A stretch of 64,000 nt of DNA from Camelus ferus (GCF_009834535.1 NC_045697.1:32986001-33050000); one strand, 5' to 3'. Numbered from the stretch's first letter, positions 1-14,995 are shown. Made by a program: numbers and translations. The notes: a model not told the origin generated them from the sequence alone.

Positions 1-2309
1 ACAGCATTAGTGAAATATAGAAGTATTTCAAGGTTTTATTAAACTCTTAAAGATCATATTTTCTGTAAGTTTATGTTCAGCAAAAATTCATCTATCTTCT
101 ATTGTTTTATTCATCATTTTGTGTAGTTTATATTGATTATTACTCACTTGAAATCAGGACGCTATAGATATATTTCTGTATTTGCCTATAGTCTACTTAG
201 AAGCATATATATGGCCATGCATGCAAAAATCACGTAACTCATAAAAATTCTACAGGATGATAAATCCTAATGATAGAAATTAAATACAGTAAAATCTCTG
301 TTCATAACATTTAGTTACCAGATTTCTTTCTGATCTAGCATTTCCTGACTTAACATTACAAATTAACGATTGAATTCCTGTCAGTTGTCAATGGCACTTA
401 ATTACATCTTTCCTTTAGCTAATATGAAAAATTGAAATAGTTTCTGAAGCAAAGAAACATTATCTTTAGAAGAGATTTTGTTTTATGAGCATTTTGGTAT
501 GTTCTGATTCTTGAAAACTTGGACATCTGTGTGTGAGAGATATAAGAACTTAATTAACAAGCGTATTCATGGACGCTGGACTCACTGATTTATAACCGTT
601 TTGGATTATAAGGACTTTACTACTTTGTGAATTGACTCTTGATTTTATTGATGTGTATGTAATAAATCTATTTTATATATTCTTATCTATTAAATAAATA
701 TTATAATATTGTCATAAATGTCAAACCTTTTCAAACTAAGAGAAAAACTAGGTAGGTTAAAAAAAAAAGTGTCATACTAAACTTCTTATGGCTCGGGTGT
801 GTTATCAATTGCTTTTCTTGCTGTCTTAAAGCTAATTTTTTTTAGTTTTGTCCCAGACCATATGCTTAGCATTTATCCTTATCTTTTTCAATACTCAAAC
901 TGTCCTCTGAAAGATATCTATTTTTTTTTCCTGTTCATTCTTAGAAAACTAAAATTTAGAGGGTGTATTTGATTTTCCTAAGGTCACACACATGGAATTG
1001 GTCGGATCCAGGCATTGAATGAACATGCATCTTACTTACAAATCTGTGTTGTTCACTACTATGTTACACTACTTAAGCTCATTAAATGAACAGTTCAATT
1101 TTATTTAATTCTATTCCACTGAAATTCCAATAATCTAAAATTTTATCTAAAATTACTGTTTTTGCACACACTGAGGTAAAAGTAAGAGGTAATAACTAAT
1201 ATGAGGTAGAAGTTAGTGGTAATAATTAATATGTTTTGGAGTGTAATAAAATTGAATGCTTTCTAAGCAAGTCACACTTAAAGTTGAGTCTTTTTTTTTT
1301 AACCCATTCCTTATGCCAGTTCCCAGTGAAACATTAAAAGCTTGATAATTGTATAATAAACTTGTTTTTCTTGACCAGTAAGAACTAGAGGGTCTATCCT
1401 TTATCACAGGAAAAGGATATAAAAGCTTCTAATAATACAGACAATTATTTTTATTATACTGAATAATAATTGCTGTGCATTAAATAAGACTGAATTGTTT
1501 ATCTATTAGATGTCTTACCTATATAAAAATTATTTCTTTGTATAACTATTGCAGTTCTTCCTTTATGATTTTTATCAATATAGAATGAGTTAAACTCTAT
1601 TACTTTTTTTCCTATTCAGTGTTTTCATGGAACATTTTATTCTTGTATCGAGAGTTAAATAATTATTTTATTGAGGGATTAATAATGGTACTGAGAAAAT
1701 TTTGCATACTATAAAATATAATACTGACATTGTTATATTATATACATAAATATAGTATGAATTCTACTGAGTAGACAAGAATGCATACTTTTTTTAAAAA
1801 GCATGATAAAAATTTGGGGAGTTATAATCAAATTGAATCAAGCGTCTCAAAATTAGGCTCTCTATTTACTCAATAAATAATTAACATATATTGTTCACAC
1901 ATAGCTTACATAAACCTGTAACAATCAATGTCTAATCATCTATCAAAATATAGACTGCAGGAATTCAGAAGCATCCTTGTTTTTCTGATACACTAATCTG
2001 AGAATTGTGACATCTATGGTTTACAGAACGGAGGCTAATTATCTAGTAAACATTGATGTACATTAATTTCATAACCTCTTATAGGAGGATTACCTGTATT
2101 TTTCTTAGTTATCAATGCAAATGAATTTATTTCAAATACACCAACTTCATGACTTCTGTCTATTGATTTAGTGAATGTTAATTAGGGTGTATATGAACTG
2201 CCATCTTTTTTGCTTAAAAGCAGATGGCACAACTAGTTAAAATTTACAATGAACCTCTCTCTTACTTTAACACAAGGAATGAATTTCTGAACACCGAACT
2301 AATGGTGAT

Positions 2310-2461
2310 CTGTAGGACCAGCCCTGCCCTCACCTTGACTTAGATCAGTGAAACTGTTTTAGGACTTCTGTCTTCTAGAACTACAAGAGAAAATAATTTG
2401 TTCTATTTTAAGCCCTCAAGTTTATAGTAATTTATTACCATAGCTGCAAGAAACAAATACA
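2310..2461 (+). mobile_element. MLT1 (MaLR) LTR 3' fragment, MLT1C/D-like
   Basis: cagccctgccctcaccttgactt...ggacttctgtcttctagaactacaagag...ttttaagcc...aagaaacaaataca follows the MLT1 3' end and finishes in the typical AATACA. Confidence 0.75.
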
Positions 2462-3527
2462 GGGAAGAAGGGAATGAGGGACAGAGGGAAGGAGGAAGGA
2501 AAGAAAGAAAATCATGGCAGCCTCTGATCTAAGAATTATACAGCCAAACCATATACAGAACAGTTTCATGAACTTTTCTGGTTGCTGACCACTGGGGCTA
2601 CCTTGTAAACATCCACTTACATTTAGAATTGTTTGTATGCTATTTTAGATTGTTTATACCTCTATAGGAAAAGAGATGGTCAAGCCCATTTTTATGTTTT
2701 AAAAAAAAAAGATTCAAGCTCTTGCTTGATGAAATGGTTTCTATGGAAACAGACTTCAAAACCTAATATAAGGGAAAAATAGAAACTATTTTCAGAGAGC
2801 AAAATACTGATGCTAGTTTTTGGCCATATTATCTTTTTTTTCTTTTTTCCTTCTTTCTTTTTCTTTTTCTCTCACCATTAGTACTCACTCAAAGTGCATT
2901 TTGATTTTAACAAGTTTGCTGTGTAAGTATATGAAAGCTGTATTAATATAATGAATTGCTCACTAAAAGACAGAACTCAATTTATAGCATAAAATTCTCT
3001 TATTTTTGTTAATTGTAAAATATTTGAAGGTATTTTTTCTTATTCTTTCCTTCAAGACATCCTCCTATGCAAACACATTATCCACCCCCTAAATTTCTGT
3101 AATTTTGACATTATTAAGGCAAGGACTATTTTAACACGTATCCTTTAAAGCAGTAGATTCACAGGCTACATTGTAGAACAGGTAAAGGTGGTATAGCTTG
3201 GCATTAAATGGAAAGGGTCCTTAGCTCTTAGGTAAAGATAAAATGTCTTCACCCTAGTGCACTGTTCCCATAATTGGAATAACCTAATTTAAAGCCTGCT
3301 TAGCTCCTTATCTCTGATAACATGGTAGCATTGTTTAATATCTTTTCTTTTTCAGAATGGGAAAGAAAACTGTGGTCTAAAATCAGTCTAGAATGATTTT
3401 TATTTTAATCTTTCTTCAGTAATTTATTTTTCTCAGTGTAATCCTTCATACAGGCATTAATGCCAAGATTTCACGTGCTGTGACTTGCTAGGGGGCGTCT
3501 TCTTTCTGTGCATAGATCATTATCACC

Positions 3528-3725
3528 ATCACTATAGCTGTCTTTTATTGCATTTAATTATGTACCAAACATTCTGCCCCAAGCTTTACATGCAGCTTAC
3601 CATTACGTAAGTTTATTTCTTTAATCTTTATTTTACAGTGGAGAAGATGGAGGCTCAGAAGCATTTGTTAGCATGCCCAATGTTATGTAGCTAGTAACTA
3701 AGAGACAGTCTGTCTGATTAGAGTA
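3528..3725 (-). mobile_element. MIR SINE fragment
   Basis: ttttacagtggagaagatggaggctcagaag...gcccaatgttatgtagctagtaa resembles the antisense MIR core. Confidence 0.7.
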
Positions 3726-6149
3726 AATTTTCTTGAGTTGCCACTCTGAGCCCTGCAGTTTATATTGTGAGCTGGTGCAGGCAAAGGGAAAGGAAGAGTT
3801 ATGCCAGAAAGAGAGACCCTGGAGAAGAGCACCACAGATGAAGAGGCAGGACTTTAGCAACATTCTCTGAGAGAGCAAAAGTGGGGTTTCCAGGGCAGCG
3901 AGGGAGCGGCAGAGAGTTACTAAGCAACCAAGTCTGTTTCTTTTATTTTTGTTCTTAAACCTGCAAGTACCTAAATGCTACAATAATTAAAGAAAAATTA
4001 TTTCCTTATTTTAAGGCATTTTCTAGGGCTTCTTAAAATGTTCACTAGCAGCTCAGAAGCAATGATTATTTGGGAGGAAAATCACACAGACTAAGTTTTA
4101 TAAAAAGACTCAAGAGAAGGGACGTGGAAGTGGTCTATGTTATTTTGAGTTATCTCATGTTCTAATACTAGGTCTGTTGTTTAGGGAACAGAATCTGTTT
4201 TTTTCTTAAATGGTTTGTGCATGTACAATGTCATTGAATACACATTTTAACAAATATTCTATAACTCTCATAGCAGTTTTTAAATGCTGAATTTATTTGC
4301 TCACCCCACTTAGTTATTATGGTTTCACTATAATAATCATCCAAGGATAAAAACAATAGTATCAAAACATATGCACATACACTCACCTGCACACACCCTC
4401 TCTCACCTCAATTAGAAAAGCTATGTTGAGAAAATTATTGATGCACCGCAAATAAGTTATGCAATTGCCCTATTTTTACAACACAAACAAAATGACTGAT
4501 ATGGATAGAACATTATACTATGCAAGCATGTTGAAATGAATAAATTATTTCATTGTCTCTAAAACATTATATTGCAGACAGGACAGAAAGGAATATTTCC
4601 TAATACTGATCCAGTGCTGAATGTGGCAAAGGCTGTAAGAAAAAAATACAAATAAAATCTGTAGTCACCCCAAGAGCCGGACGTGTAAACTGAAAACTTC
4701 AATCCAAAGTTGAGATTAAATGTATCAAAATACAAATCAACTGAGATTCAGTGTTCCTGATTTCCAAAACGGTTAATTTTATGATTAGGCTCCAGATTCT
4801 CCTGAGTTTGGAAAAAAAATATATGTTTTACTACATCCTAACCTACAAACAACCAAAAAACCAAAAATGATAACTGTTTTTCTCAAGCCTTTCACAAATG
4901 CAGCCCACAGTCTTTCTTATCCCCAGGGGCTCTGGGCAGCGGCCGTGTTGTAATTGGGGATCCAGCATAGCAGGGATTTGTTTGGCCCCTGAAACTATTT
5001 TAAAGTACTTCTGGGGACCCACAGACACTGGGCTACCATATTAGATCCCTGAAAAGGAAGGCATTCTGCCTCCTTAAAAGGATCCATTCAGATAACCAGA
5101 CACTCTAATAAACCTCTAAGCCAGTGAGTAAATGAGATACATCTTAAAGAGGCCAGTTCATTTCATGATATACCTTGGATCTTACTTGAAATTAAAGGGT
5201 TAGTCAGCTGTTACATGTTGCTACTTCACAAAAATAGCAAAGAAGTGAACACTTTAGTGACTTATAAATATTTGTAATAACAATTTAGAGTTTCTTATAA
5301 ACTATAAATTTCATTTTTTTAATTGAGTCATAATTAGGAAAAAAGATTCCTTGCTATTGGCCTAAGATAGTCTGCTCTCCAATATCTGGATATCTCCAAT
5401 ATTCAATATTTTATTTTTAAGAAAACTTGAGCCAGGGAAATAAAAAGTAAATCATATTATTGAATTTTATTTTTTTTAAATAAATGGTAACATTAAAACC
5501 ATTCAGAATGGAAATTTACTTGATTTTTAAATCATCCTTTCGTTTTTAACCATAATTATTGCTGTAATGTTAAAATGATTTTAATTAAATTTACAGTAAG
5601 TTGGGATTATAAAAATATAAAGTATATAATATGAGCACATGTTAAGATATTTTGTTGATTTTGAGTAATATAAACAAGTCCTTACCAGCAGAAACGTATT
5701 TCTAAAATATTGCATTTGTACATGCTAAGAATAATTTTGGATTAATTTTGATTAGACCAAACTGCTTAGTCTCAAGATGTTGGCAGCCTTTAAAGATTTC
5801 TATTTAGTGGTTTACTATGACAGCAATGTTGTATTTTATGCAAAAAAATCTGTTTACTTAGTGACAGGAAGCAAACTGTTCATTGCAAGGAAACCAATAG
5901 AAATAAAAGTATTGTTTAATGTTAACTATTACAGCATAATATGGATAATTATATCCATATAGAATACAGTGGTAAATTAAAAGATTTTAAACCTCCATAA
6001 ATAGAATGTGAACTGCTATACTATATCAATTTTAAAAAATCAAAATTTTATTTGAGGGGTACAAAATAAAATATGTCCTCACCCATACAAAATTTGAAAC
6101 AAGAGGTATGTTATCAATGAAACTGACACTAACTGCATTCTTGAAATGA

Positions 6150-6260
6150 CAAAAGTCATTTTACCATTCTTGAACTATTTCTGCCTTTGTAAAATAAATG
6201 ACATTGAGTAGATTGACTCTAATGTTCTCACAGCTCTAGCAGTCAATGATTTTATGATTT
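6150..6260 (+). mobile_element. MIR3/MIRc 3' fragment
   Basis: aagtcattttacc...tgtaaaataaatgacattgagtagattgactctaatgttctcacagctctag...tgattttatgatt. Confidence 0.5.
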
Positions 6261-9200
6261 GCATCTCCCAAATTGATTGGTGAAGACTTGACAAGCCCTG
6301 AATTTTATAGATGATGTAGTATATCCCACCGGACTGTAGAGCAAAGAAGGTCATAACAGTTATATGCTGCTAACATGGAGAGGCAGAGTTAGTATCCACT
6401 CTGTCCATACTGAGATATTTTCTAGAATTTTATTGGTAACAACCAGAGAGTTGGAGATTGGTGAAAAAAGACATGAGCTAGTATGTACACTACATCTCGA
6501 AAAACGTTGACACGCACTATCTAAGCCTGATATCAAATCAGATAAACTTCTGAGTTCCCAAAGAGAATCCCAGACGTTTGGTATTGTTATGGGTATATGG
6601 AAAATCTGGGAAGTTCATAAGAGCTCCCTTTCCCTCGTACCCTGAGACAGAAGAGAAATGGGGTCAAGTGTCTTTGCATTTCTCACACTGATTGTGGTCT
6701 TGTCTTCTTTTAATCCTTGTTTAATCTTTATGCTTTTTTCATATTTCTATAAAAAATCTAACTGAGGCTCCCTTGTATTTGAGATGGGCCCCTCCCTTTT
6801 GTAGACAACAGCCACTCTCTTAGAACTTGGCTTCTTCAGTAGCAATAAATAATCATCCTCACCTCACCCCATCCAACCCAAAAATAAGAGGGTGACTAAA
6901 GAAAACTAAGCTGGCATAGAATGCAAAACAAGCATCGTTTTGTACATATGCATACTCTTACCTAAACTAGATGTAGAAAAACCTAGCCTCCAGGATAGAA
7001 GTTGAAATAGTTTGGGAAGCAAAGTCTGGTAAAAATAATGTCAATCTGTCCTGTTTTTATACAAGGGTGTGATCTACCCCAAATAAGCATCAGGAAAGAT
7101 TCTTAGATTCTTGAGGCTTTCATAAGTATCAAATCCAATAATGCCTAATTGACATAATGCCTAGCACTCACTCAATTCGCTTTAGCTATTACCAGTGTTT
7201 TATTATAATTATATTAATTCAGTAATAATTATCAAGATTATAAAGCACTAACCTAAACAAACATGCTTTAACTTTGTGAATTGTCAGTAAATGGATTTGA
7301 AAGGCATGAGGGAATCCTCAGTCTCAAAATATCTATTCCAACACATATCTATCTATATCTAGAATGATTGGTATTTTAGATTTGCTATTGAAGTCATTGG
7401 CCATTGGGACATTTACTCATTTACCCCCTTTCTGGAGTGTCTACTATATGCAAGCTACCATTTTTGAACATTATCTTGGTAGTACTTACCCCATATGAAT
7501 CAGTTAAAAAATATATGGCTTAATTTATGCAACAAAATATGTAGCAGTCTGTCAAAGACAGTAAAGTTGAATATCCTGAAACAAGAAAATAAAGAGGTCA
7601 TGTGAGGGGAAAAAATCAATCATTTCCTAGAGCTCTAGGACATAGTGACAACAGAGAAAAGTCATCATCCAGAAAGGGTGACATTAAGTGAGGGACAGCT
7701 ACACAGACAAAGACACATTTTTTCCTCTGCTTTTGAACTGTCTTTCTTTTAGACAAAATTAATCACTTAGTAAGTAGGGAGTATATTTTCCACTTCAGAG
7801 GAAATATCTTGAGGTTCTGCAATCCAACACTCTCCCATTTGAAGTCACCCATATGTGACTTAGGCAGTCATACCCATCAGATGATTCTACAGGTACCCTT
7901 TAGGAATGACATAATACCAACAACAGCAATGGTCAGAGGTCCAGACATTTGGTAAGAGAAGAGACTCTAGAAGTAAGAAGAGCTCTAAAATTATTCACCA
8001 ACAAGAATTTCTATTATTGAGTACTATTAGGATATTACGTGCCTGAAGTTCTGAGCCAGATAGTGTCTTGAAGTCACTCTAAGACCTAAAATATGCAAAT
8101 TATTGACAGTCACTATAAAGGGTAAAGAAAAATAAATGCATTGAAATTTGCAGTATTGAAACTTGCAGTATTGCAAACTAAAATTGCTCGATCTGCTAGA
8201 AATATAGATGTGATCCAATACAGGTTGGTCAGCCGAACCACTTGGATTAAATCACATGGGAGTAGAAGTATGATGGGCTTTATTTGGTTTCCTTTTAATT
8301 AAGCCAGGTAGAGTGACTGTGAAAGTAAAGAAGCCTAACCTTTAATTAAATGACATTTTATAACTGAGGTTCGATTCTCCTTGAAGTAGCCTAGGACTTG
8401 GATTATATTGAGTTTTAGTCTGGGATTAGATGTAATAGAGGTGGCTGAAAGAATATGTCTAAAATTTGACCTGGGAGAAATTCCAATATGCAGGGTAAGG
8501 TCAGAGATATTAAATTGAGCAGACAGAGAAGAGGTAGCAGAGCCTTACTGACATCTCATCCTGGAGGTCAGGCATGGTACAATGCCAATCTGGCTGCTGC
8601 GTGCAGAAGCTTCCCTACCACCATATTGAGCTGCTAGTCCCTCTAAATCTCACTTATTTCCAATTCAAAGAAAAAAAATGGCCATTTTGATAGCAATCAT
8701 AGAGAAAAATCTTTGTCCAAGCTTAAAAATTTGTTCATAGCTATGGAATTACTAAGTTTGAACCTCAGAAATAGGGAATCTTCTGCAATTGATTCATCCA
8801 GAACCAGACCTCAGCCAGCAGCAAGAAGTAGGATACACCAACCCTAGGAGTGAAGTTCTTGTCAATGAAGTAACTGAGGTCCCAGGTAATGCTCTAGACC
8901 CAGAATGTAACTGGAAATCTCACCAACAAACGTTTTAAAATCCCTGACTCTACTGACTGGGCCAAAGGCAAAAAAAAAATGTTAGGTGAAATTAGATTTT
9001 AATATGATCTCTTGTTCCCAGGACTTAGACTATGAGTAAAAGGCACCTGAAAGTATGTGACTTTTTCTATCCTAACACCAGAAAGGCGAAAATGATAGCT
9101 ATAAAGGGGCAGAGAGCACTAGCATTGCCGCAAGAAAACATGCCGTGCAGCCTTCTGATGGCTTTGGAGGAGCATTAATATGGATTTTCAAATAAATAAT

Positions 9201-9759
9201 AATGCAGCTCTCCTCTGTTACAATAAAAGACATGGCCACAAAGTGTATATTAAAAAGTTCCAAGTTTCAAAAGAAGTTTTTGTGTTAGTCTGAACCATAA
9301 AAATAGATGAAATCCTCTAAAAGTAATGCTATAGAGATTTTAAAGCAGGGCTAGGAGCTAGTGCATTCAAGTCTACATTGAGTTATATATACATATGAAT
9401 TTACATATATGAATTTTATAATCTAAAATAATTTTATTCTAATAATTTTTCTGAAAAAAGTCCTATCAGCATTCCAAAGACGTTTAAGAAGCCACCCAAC
9501 TTATATTAATTCAATATGAAACAATTGATTAAAAGAGGTGTAATTTGACAGACAACGTCTGTTACAATGTCCTTAAGAAAATCTTTCTAGAAAAGCTGAT
9601 AACCAATACTAATCTTAAGTAGTTATCAAATGAAAATGTGGTTGTAGGTTGCAAAGTGAAATAGTGTAAAATATTACTGTAATATTTTAGATACGAACTA
9701 AATGTAAGAGAGTGATAGTATTAATAGCATAGATTTTGAATCTTCTCCAAGCAGAATTC

Positions 9760-10810
9760 TGCAATATGTAGAAAGAATTGCACATCATGACCTAGTGGGA
9801 CTTATTCCAAGGATGCAAGGCAGGTCCAATTTTTTTGAGGTAAAGTTAACAAATAACATTATATTAGTTTCAGTTGTACAAAATGATGACTTGATATTTT
9901 TATACATTGCAAAATGCTGACCACAGTAAGTCTAGTTAACATCCATCACCACATAGTTATACATTTTTTTGTGTGTCTGATGAGAACCTTTAAGATCTAC
10001 TCTCTCAGCAACTTCCAGATATGCAATACAGTATTTTAACTATAGTCACCATCCTATACTAGGCAGTTTTGAGTTTTGAAAATCCATCAGTGTAATCCAT
10101 CATATGGACAGGCTAAAGAAGAAAGATTAGATGATTATATCAATTGATGCAGAGAAGCATCAGCAAAATTCAACATCTATTCATAACAAAAATTCTCAGG
10201 AAGAATCAAAAGAGAGGGGGAATTTCCTCAACATGATAAAGAATATCTACCAAAAGCATACAGGTAACATCATATTTAATGTGAAAAGCTGAGTATTTTT
10301 CCACTACTATTGGCAACAAGGCAAGAATGTCTGATCTAACCACTCTTACTGAACAAAGTTCTGGAAGTTGTAACCAGTTAAATGTAGGGAGTAAAAAGGA
10401 AGTAAAAGGCATTTAAATTTGAAAGGAAAAAAAACTATTTGTATATTTATAGATAAATAAGTTATTTCATTAAGGCCATATGATACAAGATAAATAAACA
10501 AAAATCAATTGTATTTCAGTAATTTAGCAATAAAAACATGGACACCAAAATTTAAGGATCTATGTCATTACATTTGCCAAAAAAATGTTATGCCTAAATG
10601 TATATGTACTCAATCAGGTGTGGGATTTGTATGCTGAAAACTACAAAATGCTAAAGAAAGAAATCTCAGAAGACCTAAATAAATGTGGATACATACCGTA
10701 TTTATGGGTTGGAAGACGCATCAAAATAAAGATATCAATTCCCTTCAAACTGATGTTTAAGTTTAATACAATTGCTGTCAAAATCCCAGCAAGATTTATG
10801 GTTGCTATAG
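9760..10810 (+). mobile_element. Old L1 (L1MC/MD-type) ORF2 remnant, RT region, interrupted by a younger L1 3' end
   Basis: catcatgacctagtgggacttattccaaggatgcaagg (HHDxVGxIPxMQG), atatcaattgatgcagagaagc (ISIDAEK), and ORF 10585-10893 (DLYAENYKMLKKEISEDLNK) are degenerate L1 ORF2p motifs with stops and frameshifts. Confidence 0.85.
9830..10060 (-). mobile_element. L1 3' end (L1MA9-like), antisense, nested in the older L1
   Basis: Poly-T followed by aataacattatattagtttcagttgtaca...taagatctactctctcagcaacttcc...taactatagtcaccat. Confidence 0.85.
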
Positions 10811-13270
10811 ATCTGAGGCTTCTCTTGGCTAAGACAGTTTCTCAGACTTTCATGGTTTTTGATAACCTTAGCAATTTTGAAAAGTACAGGTAAGGTATTT
10901 CATAGAATGTCCCTCCACTGGATTTAGTGATTTTTTTTTTCTCGTGATTACACTGCCATTATAGGTTTTGGGGAGGAAGATCAAAGAGTTAAAGTGTCAT
11001 TTACGTCACATTGTATCAAGAATACATACAGTCAGTAGGATTTTCCACTGTTGATGTTAACCTTGCTCATCTGGCTGAGAAATTGATTCTCAAGATCCCC
11101 TATTAGAAAGTAACTCTTTTTATCCCTGCTTTTGTACTCTATGATTTGCAGAGAACACACAATGTGCAACCAACACTTAATGAGTAGGGAGTTATGCTAT
11201 TCTTCTTTGGGGGTGGAATATCTACATAAATTTCTTGGAATTCTTCTGCACAGCCTTGTGTTTTCTACACTACTTATTTAGTTATTCAATCATTTATTTA
11301 TAGCAGTATGGACTTGGATATTTCTTCTGTATTCTAGGTCATAATCCAATATTAATTTATTTATCATGTTCAAATTTCTCTAAACTCTGTTGAGGGAGGG
11401 TCTTTCAGTAAACCCTTGTTTTTTGTTTGCTTGCTTGCTTGCTTGCTTGCTTGTTTTTTGACATACACCAATTGTGAAATTTTTGGTCGATGTGATTAAA
11501 TGTTTTTGAGTATTTCTTTACTCTCAAACACTATGAGGTGTCCCAGACTTATATTGTCTGTTTTTCTGCTCCATTAATAATCAACCATTTTTCCATGGAG
11601 CTGCTTTTAATTGATAATGGTATTAGAAGCCAAGAACTGTGTGCTAGATGTGCTTGCTGTTCCTGGTGTACCATTGCTCCTGGACCTCTCAGCTGATGTA
11701 GCAAGAAAATATGTATGTGTATAAAGCCCGTGTATACATACGTATGTATAAATGTAACCAGCTGAATGTAGCCCTGTGTATCTATATTAAACTAAAATTG
11801 GATTCATCCTGATGTTCCAAACTTGAATTAATTACCACATGCATTATTCTGGACTCTTTGCTTATTTGTAACCTCTCACTCTAACACCTGCCTCTGCCGC
11901 CTGCCATTTATTTACATAATTATTTCATTACAGTATATCCTGATACAGGATACAGGATATAGAAATATCAAAATTGTTAACTTGTAACCCTATGGGAAAC
12001 AATTTCATCAAGTAGGGTATAGTATTTATGTACATTTTCTTTTGCCTTTATTCTTATAAACACCATTCATTTCCGAAGTTACTTACGTCAGCAACTTTTC
12101 CTCCCGTCTCCTTCAGTAAGGCTGTTTCATTCACATTAATAATATAGTCAAATTGCTTCACAACATTCTTCATACTGTCCTTGGTGTATAGACCTCCTTT
12201 ATTTATTCTTTTGAAAACCTTCCTTTCTTTATGTAGATTAAAGATTTTCAACAATATCATTTTCCTACTTCCTGAATAATTTTGACATTTCTTCCATGGC
12301 AAATCTACTGAGAATAAATTCTCTCAGTTTTGAGAAAGTTTATATTTCTCCTTCCCTTTTGAAGGATGATTTCATAAGATACAGAACACTATAGTGGATT
12401 TTTTTTTCTTTTGACACTTCAAATATTTCATTCCATACTCTTCTTGCTTCCATGGTTTCTAAATAAGAGTCCATTTTAATTCTTTCCATTGGTCCTCTAT
12501 AGATTTATTTTCCCTTTATCTTCCCTAAATCTTTTTTCTTTGTCTTTGTTTTTTGAAGTTTGAACAGGATATGGCTAGGTATAGTTTTTGTTGTTATTAT
12601 TTATCCTGCCTGGTTGTCTATGAATTTCCTGGGTCTCTGGTTTGGTATGTGTTACTAATTTTGAAAATTCTTGGCCATTATTATTTCAAATATTTCTTCA
12701 ACTTTGTTTTTTCTTCTCATCTGATATACCAATTATACGTACTTTACACGTTTCAAAATCATTCACAGGTCTCAGATGTTCTGTTCTGTGTTTTTCTTGT
12801 TGTTCTTTGTTTTTATTTTTAATTTTACATATGCATTTCTGTTCGGGAAGTTTCTGTAGGCTTTCAAGCTTACTGATTCTTTCTCCAGCCACAACCAGTC
12901 TACTGATGAGCCCAACAAAGGAACTTTCTAATTGTATTAAAATTATTTTTGTTTGTAGAATCTCCCTTGGCTCTTTCTCAGTTTCTATTTCTCTGTTTAT
13001 ACTATTTATCTCTTATTGCATGGTCTCTACATGTTTTCCATTAGTGCCCTTAACATATTAAGATGCTAACATAGATATTTAAATTTTCCTATCTAGTAAT
13101 TCCAAAACTTGTCACTTTTTTTTTTTCCCTTCTGTTGTATTGGCTTTTTTTCTTCACACTGATTTTTTTTTCTTGCTTTTTTTGCATGACTTATAATTTT
13201 TCTGTAAGTCTGATATGATGTTTTGGGTTATTTGTTTTACATTATTTAATGTGAGGTTTTATGTTTGTAT
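10811..13270 (-). mobile_element. L1MC/MD-type sequence in antisense (UTR/inter-ORF-like part, then ORF1-like part)
   Basis: cagtttctcagacttt...tagaatgtccctc...gttaaccttgctcatctggctgag and ttttgaaggatgatttcataagatacagaa...ctcttcttgcttccatggtttct are typical antisense L1M segments. Confidence 0.75.
11424..11456 (+). repeat. (TTGC)n microsatellite
   Basis: tttgcttgcttgcttgcttgcttgcttgttt. Confidence 0.9.
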
Positions 13271-13277
13271 AGCTAGA

Positions 13278-13975
13278 TCACTCATGCATTGCTGATGGGA
13301 ATGTAAAATGGTACAGCTGCTCTTGAAAATATTTTGGAATTTTCTTCTTAAAAAAGCAAAGCATGCAATTTTCATAGGAGTCATCAGTTGCACTCCTAGG
13401 TTTTTATTCCAGAGAGATGAAAATTATGTTAAAACACACACACACATACAAATATATACACAAATGTTTTGTCAACTTTATTTATAATAGCCCCAAATTA
13501 GATGTCCTTCAACAGGTGAATGGCTAAACTTTGGTACATCCACACGATGGAATATTACCTACAATAACAAGGAACAACCTGTGGATACATGCATAGCCTA
13601 GATGAATCTCCAGAAAATTTTGCTGAATGAAAAAAAGCCAATACCAAAAGGTTTGATACTACATTAGTCCATTGATATGACATTAGTGAAATGGTAAAAT
13701 TATAGAAAACAGACTAGAACTAAAGAACAGATGACAGGGATTAAGGAGGGCGTAGGGGTTAAAGGGGACCAGTGTGGCTATATTACGGCAACCTGTGGTG
13801 ATGGAAAATTTCTGTATCTTGACTGTATAAATGCCAATACTCTATTTGTAATATTTTATCATCTTTTTGCAAGATGTTATTATTGGGGAAAATGAGTAAA
13901 TCTTCTATAAGATCTTTCCATTATTTCTTACAACTTCAAATGAATCTACAATTATCTCAAAATGAAAATATTTGA
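13278..13975 (+). mobile_element. L1MD-like 3' end
   Basis: cattgctgatgggaatgtaaaatggtacagc...aaaaagccaataccaaaagg...tgtggtgatggaaaatttctgtatcttgactgtat...gaatctacaattatctcaaaatgaaa. Confidence 0.85.
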
Positions 13976-14861
13976 CTACATTTTTTTTTGATAAAGTTCT
14001 TTTTCACTATCACTTTATTTTTTTTTTCTATAAGTTATTTGGAAAAAAAGATTCCCTGGATCCAGAGGGTAAATAGCAGTGACTACATTTTCTGGTATAT
14101 TATGTGACACCAGGAAATTAATTTATCCATTGAAATTAATATATCCAGTGTGAAGCAGGCCTGTGATGATTTTGTTTCAAAGCCTATGTCAAAAAAAAAA
14201 AAAAAAGAAAACCTACAAAGGTATTTACAGAAACAGTTTTGTTTTCTTTGATGTCATTGATTCAAGCTGTTATATTTGTAGACATTTCTTTACAGATGTT
14301 GTGAGATGTTCTCACTTCTTAGAACTATATTTGAAGTCTGTAGAGTGAAATATTTTTCTAAATTATACTCTGCAAAGAAGAGAGTATACACGCTATCAAT
14401 TATGAATAGTGATCCCCACATCAATGACAGACAAGACTCTTTTTTGAATACTGCTTTTTAGAATATTCAATTACTTATTTGTCATGTATTTGTTACCCAG
14501 AGGCACATATGAATCAGAATTCCTTTACGTAAGTTAAGTTATGCAAATACTCTTAAGAGTACATGGACTGTTATATTTCTCAGTCAGGAAATTGCCTTCA
14601 GGCTTCAAGTCAATCTTTTTGCATGGAAAATTTCCCTGTGATTTACAGGAGGCATCACATCTGTTTCGTTGCCTAAAACCCAAGAGGTGGTTGCTATATT
14701 AAATAAAATACATTTAAATTATTGAAAGCCTGAAAATTTCCCAGTGTAATACTTCCCATGGTCTGAAACCATTTCTCATTTTTTATTTAAATGTAACTTC
14801 TACTGAGTTAACCTGAATGCAGAATCACGTGGCCTATTACTTTGCCTCTTCTGGACACAAT

Positions 14862-14995
14862 GAATCATAGAATTTTAATACTGTAAATACCAACTCACAG
14901 ATAACAGTTTGGTCCAAAACCCATATTGGCAGACACAAGTTGAGAGTGAGGGCTTATGTAATTTGCCCCGAGTCCCAGAGTAGGCAGAGAATTAG
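14862..14995 (-). mobile_element. MIR3/MIRc fragment
   Basis: aatcatagaatttta...taatttgccccgagtcccagagtaggcagag. Confidence 0.5.

Noticed and set aside
8140..8179. 15-bp tandem repeat (attgaaa[t/c]ttgcagt), about 2.6 copies
   Set aside because: Ordinary slippage duplication; the FQYCK peptide repeat it produces lies in a chance ORF.
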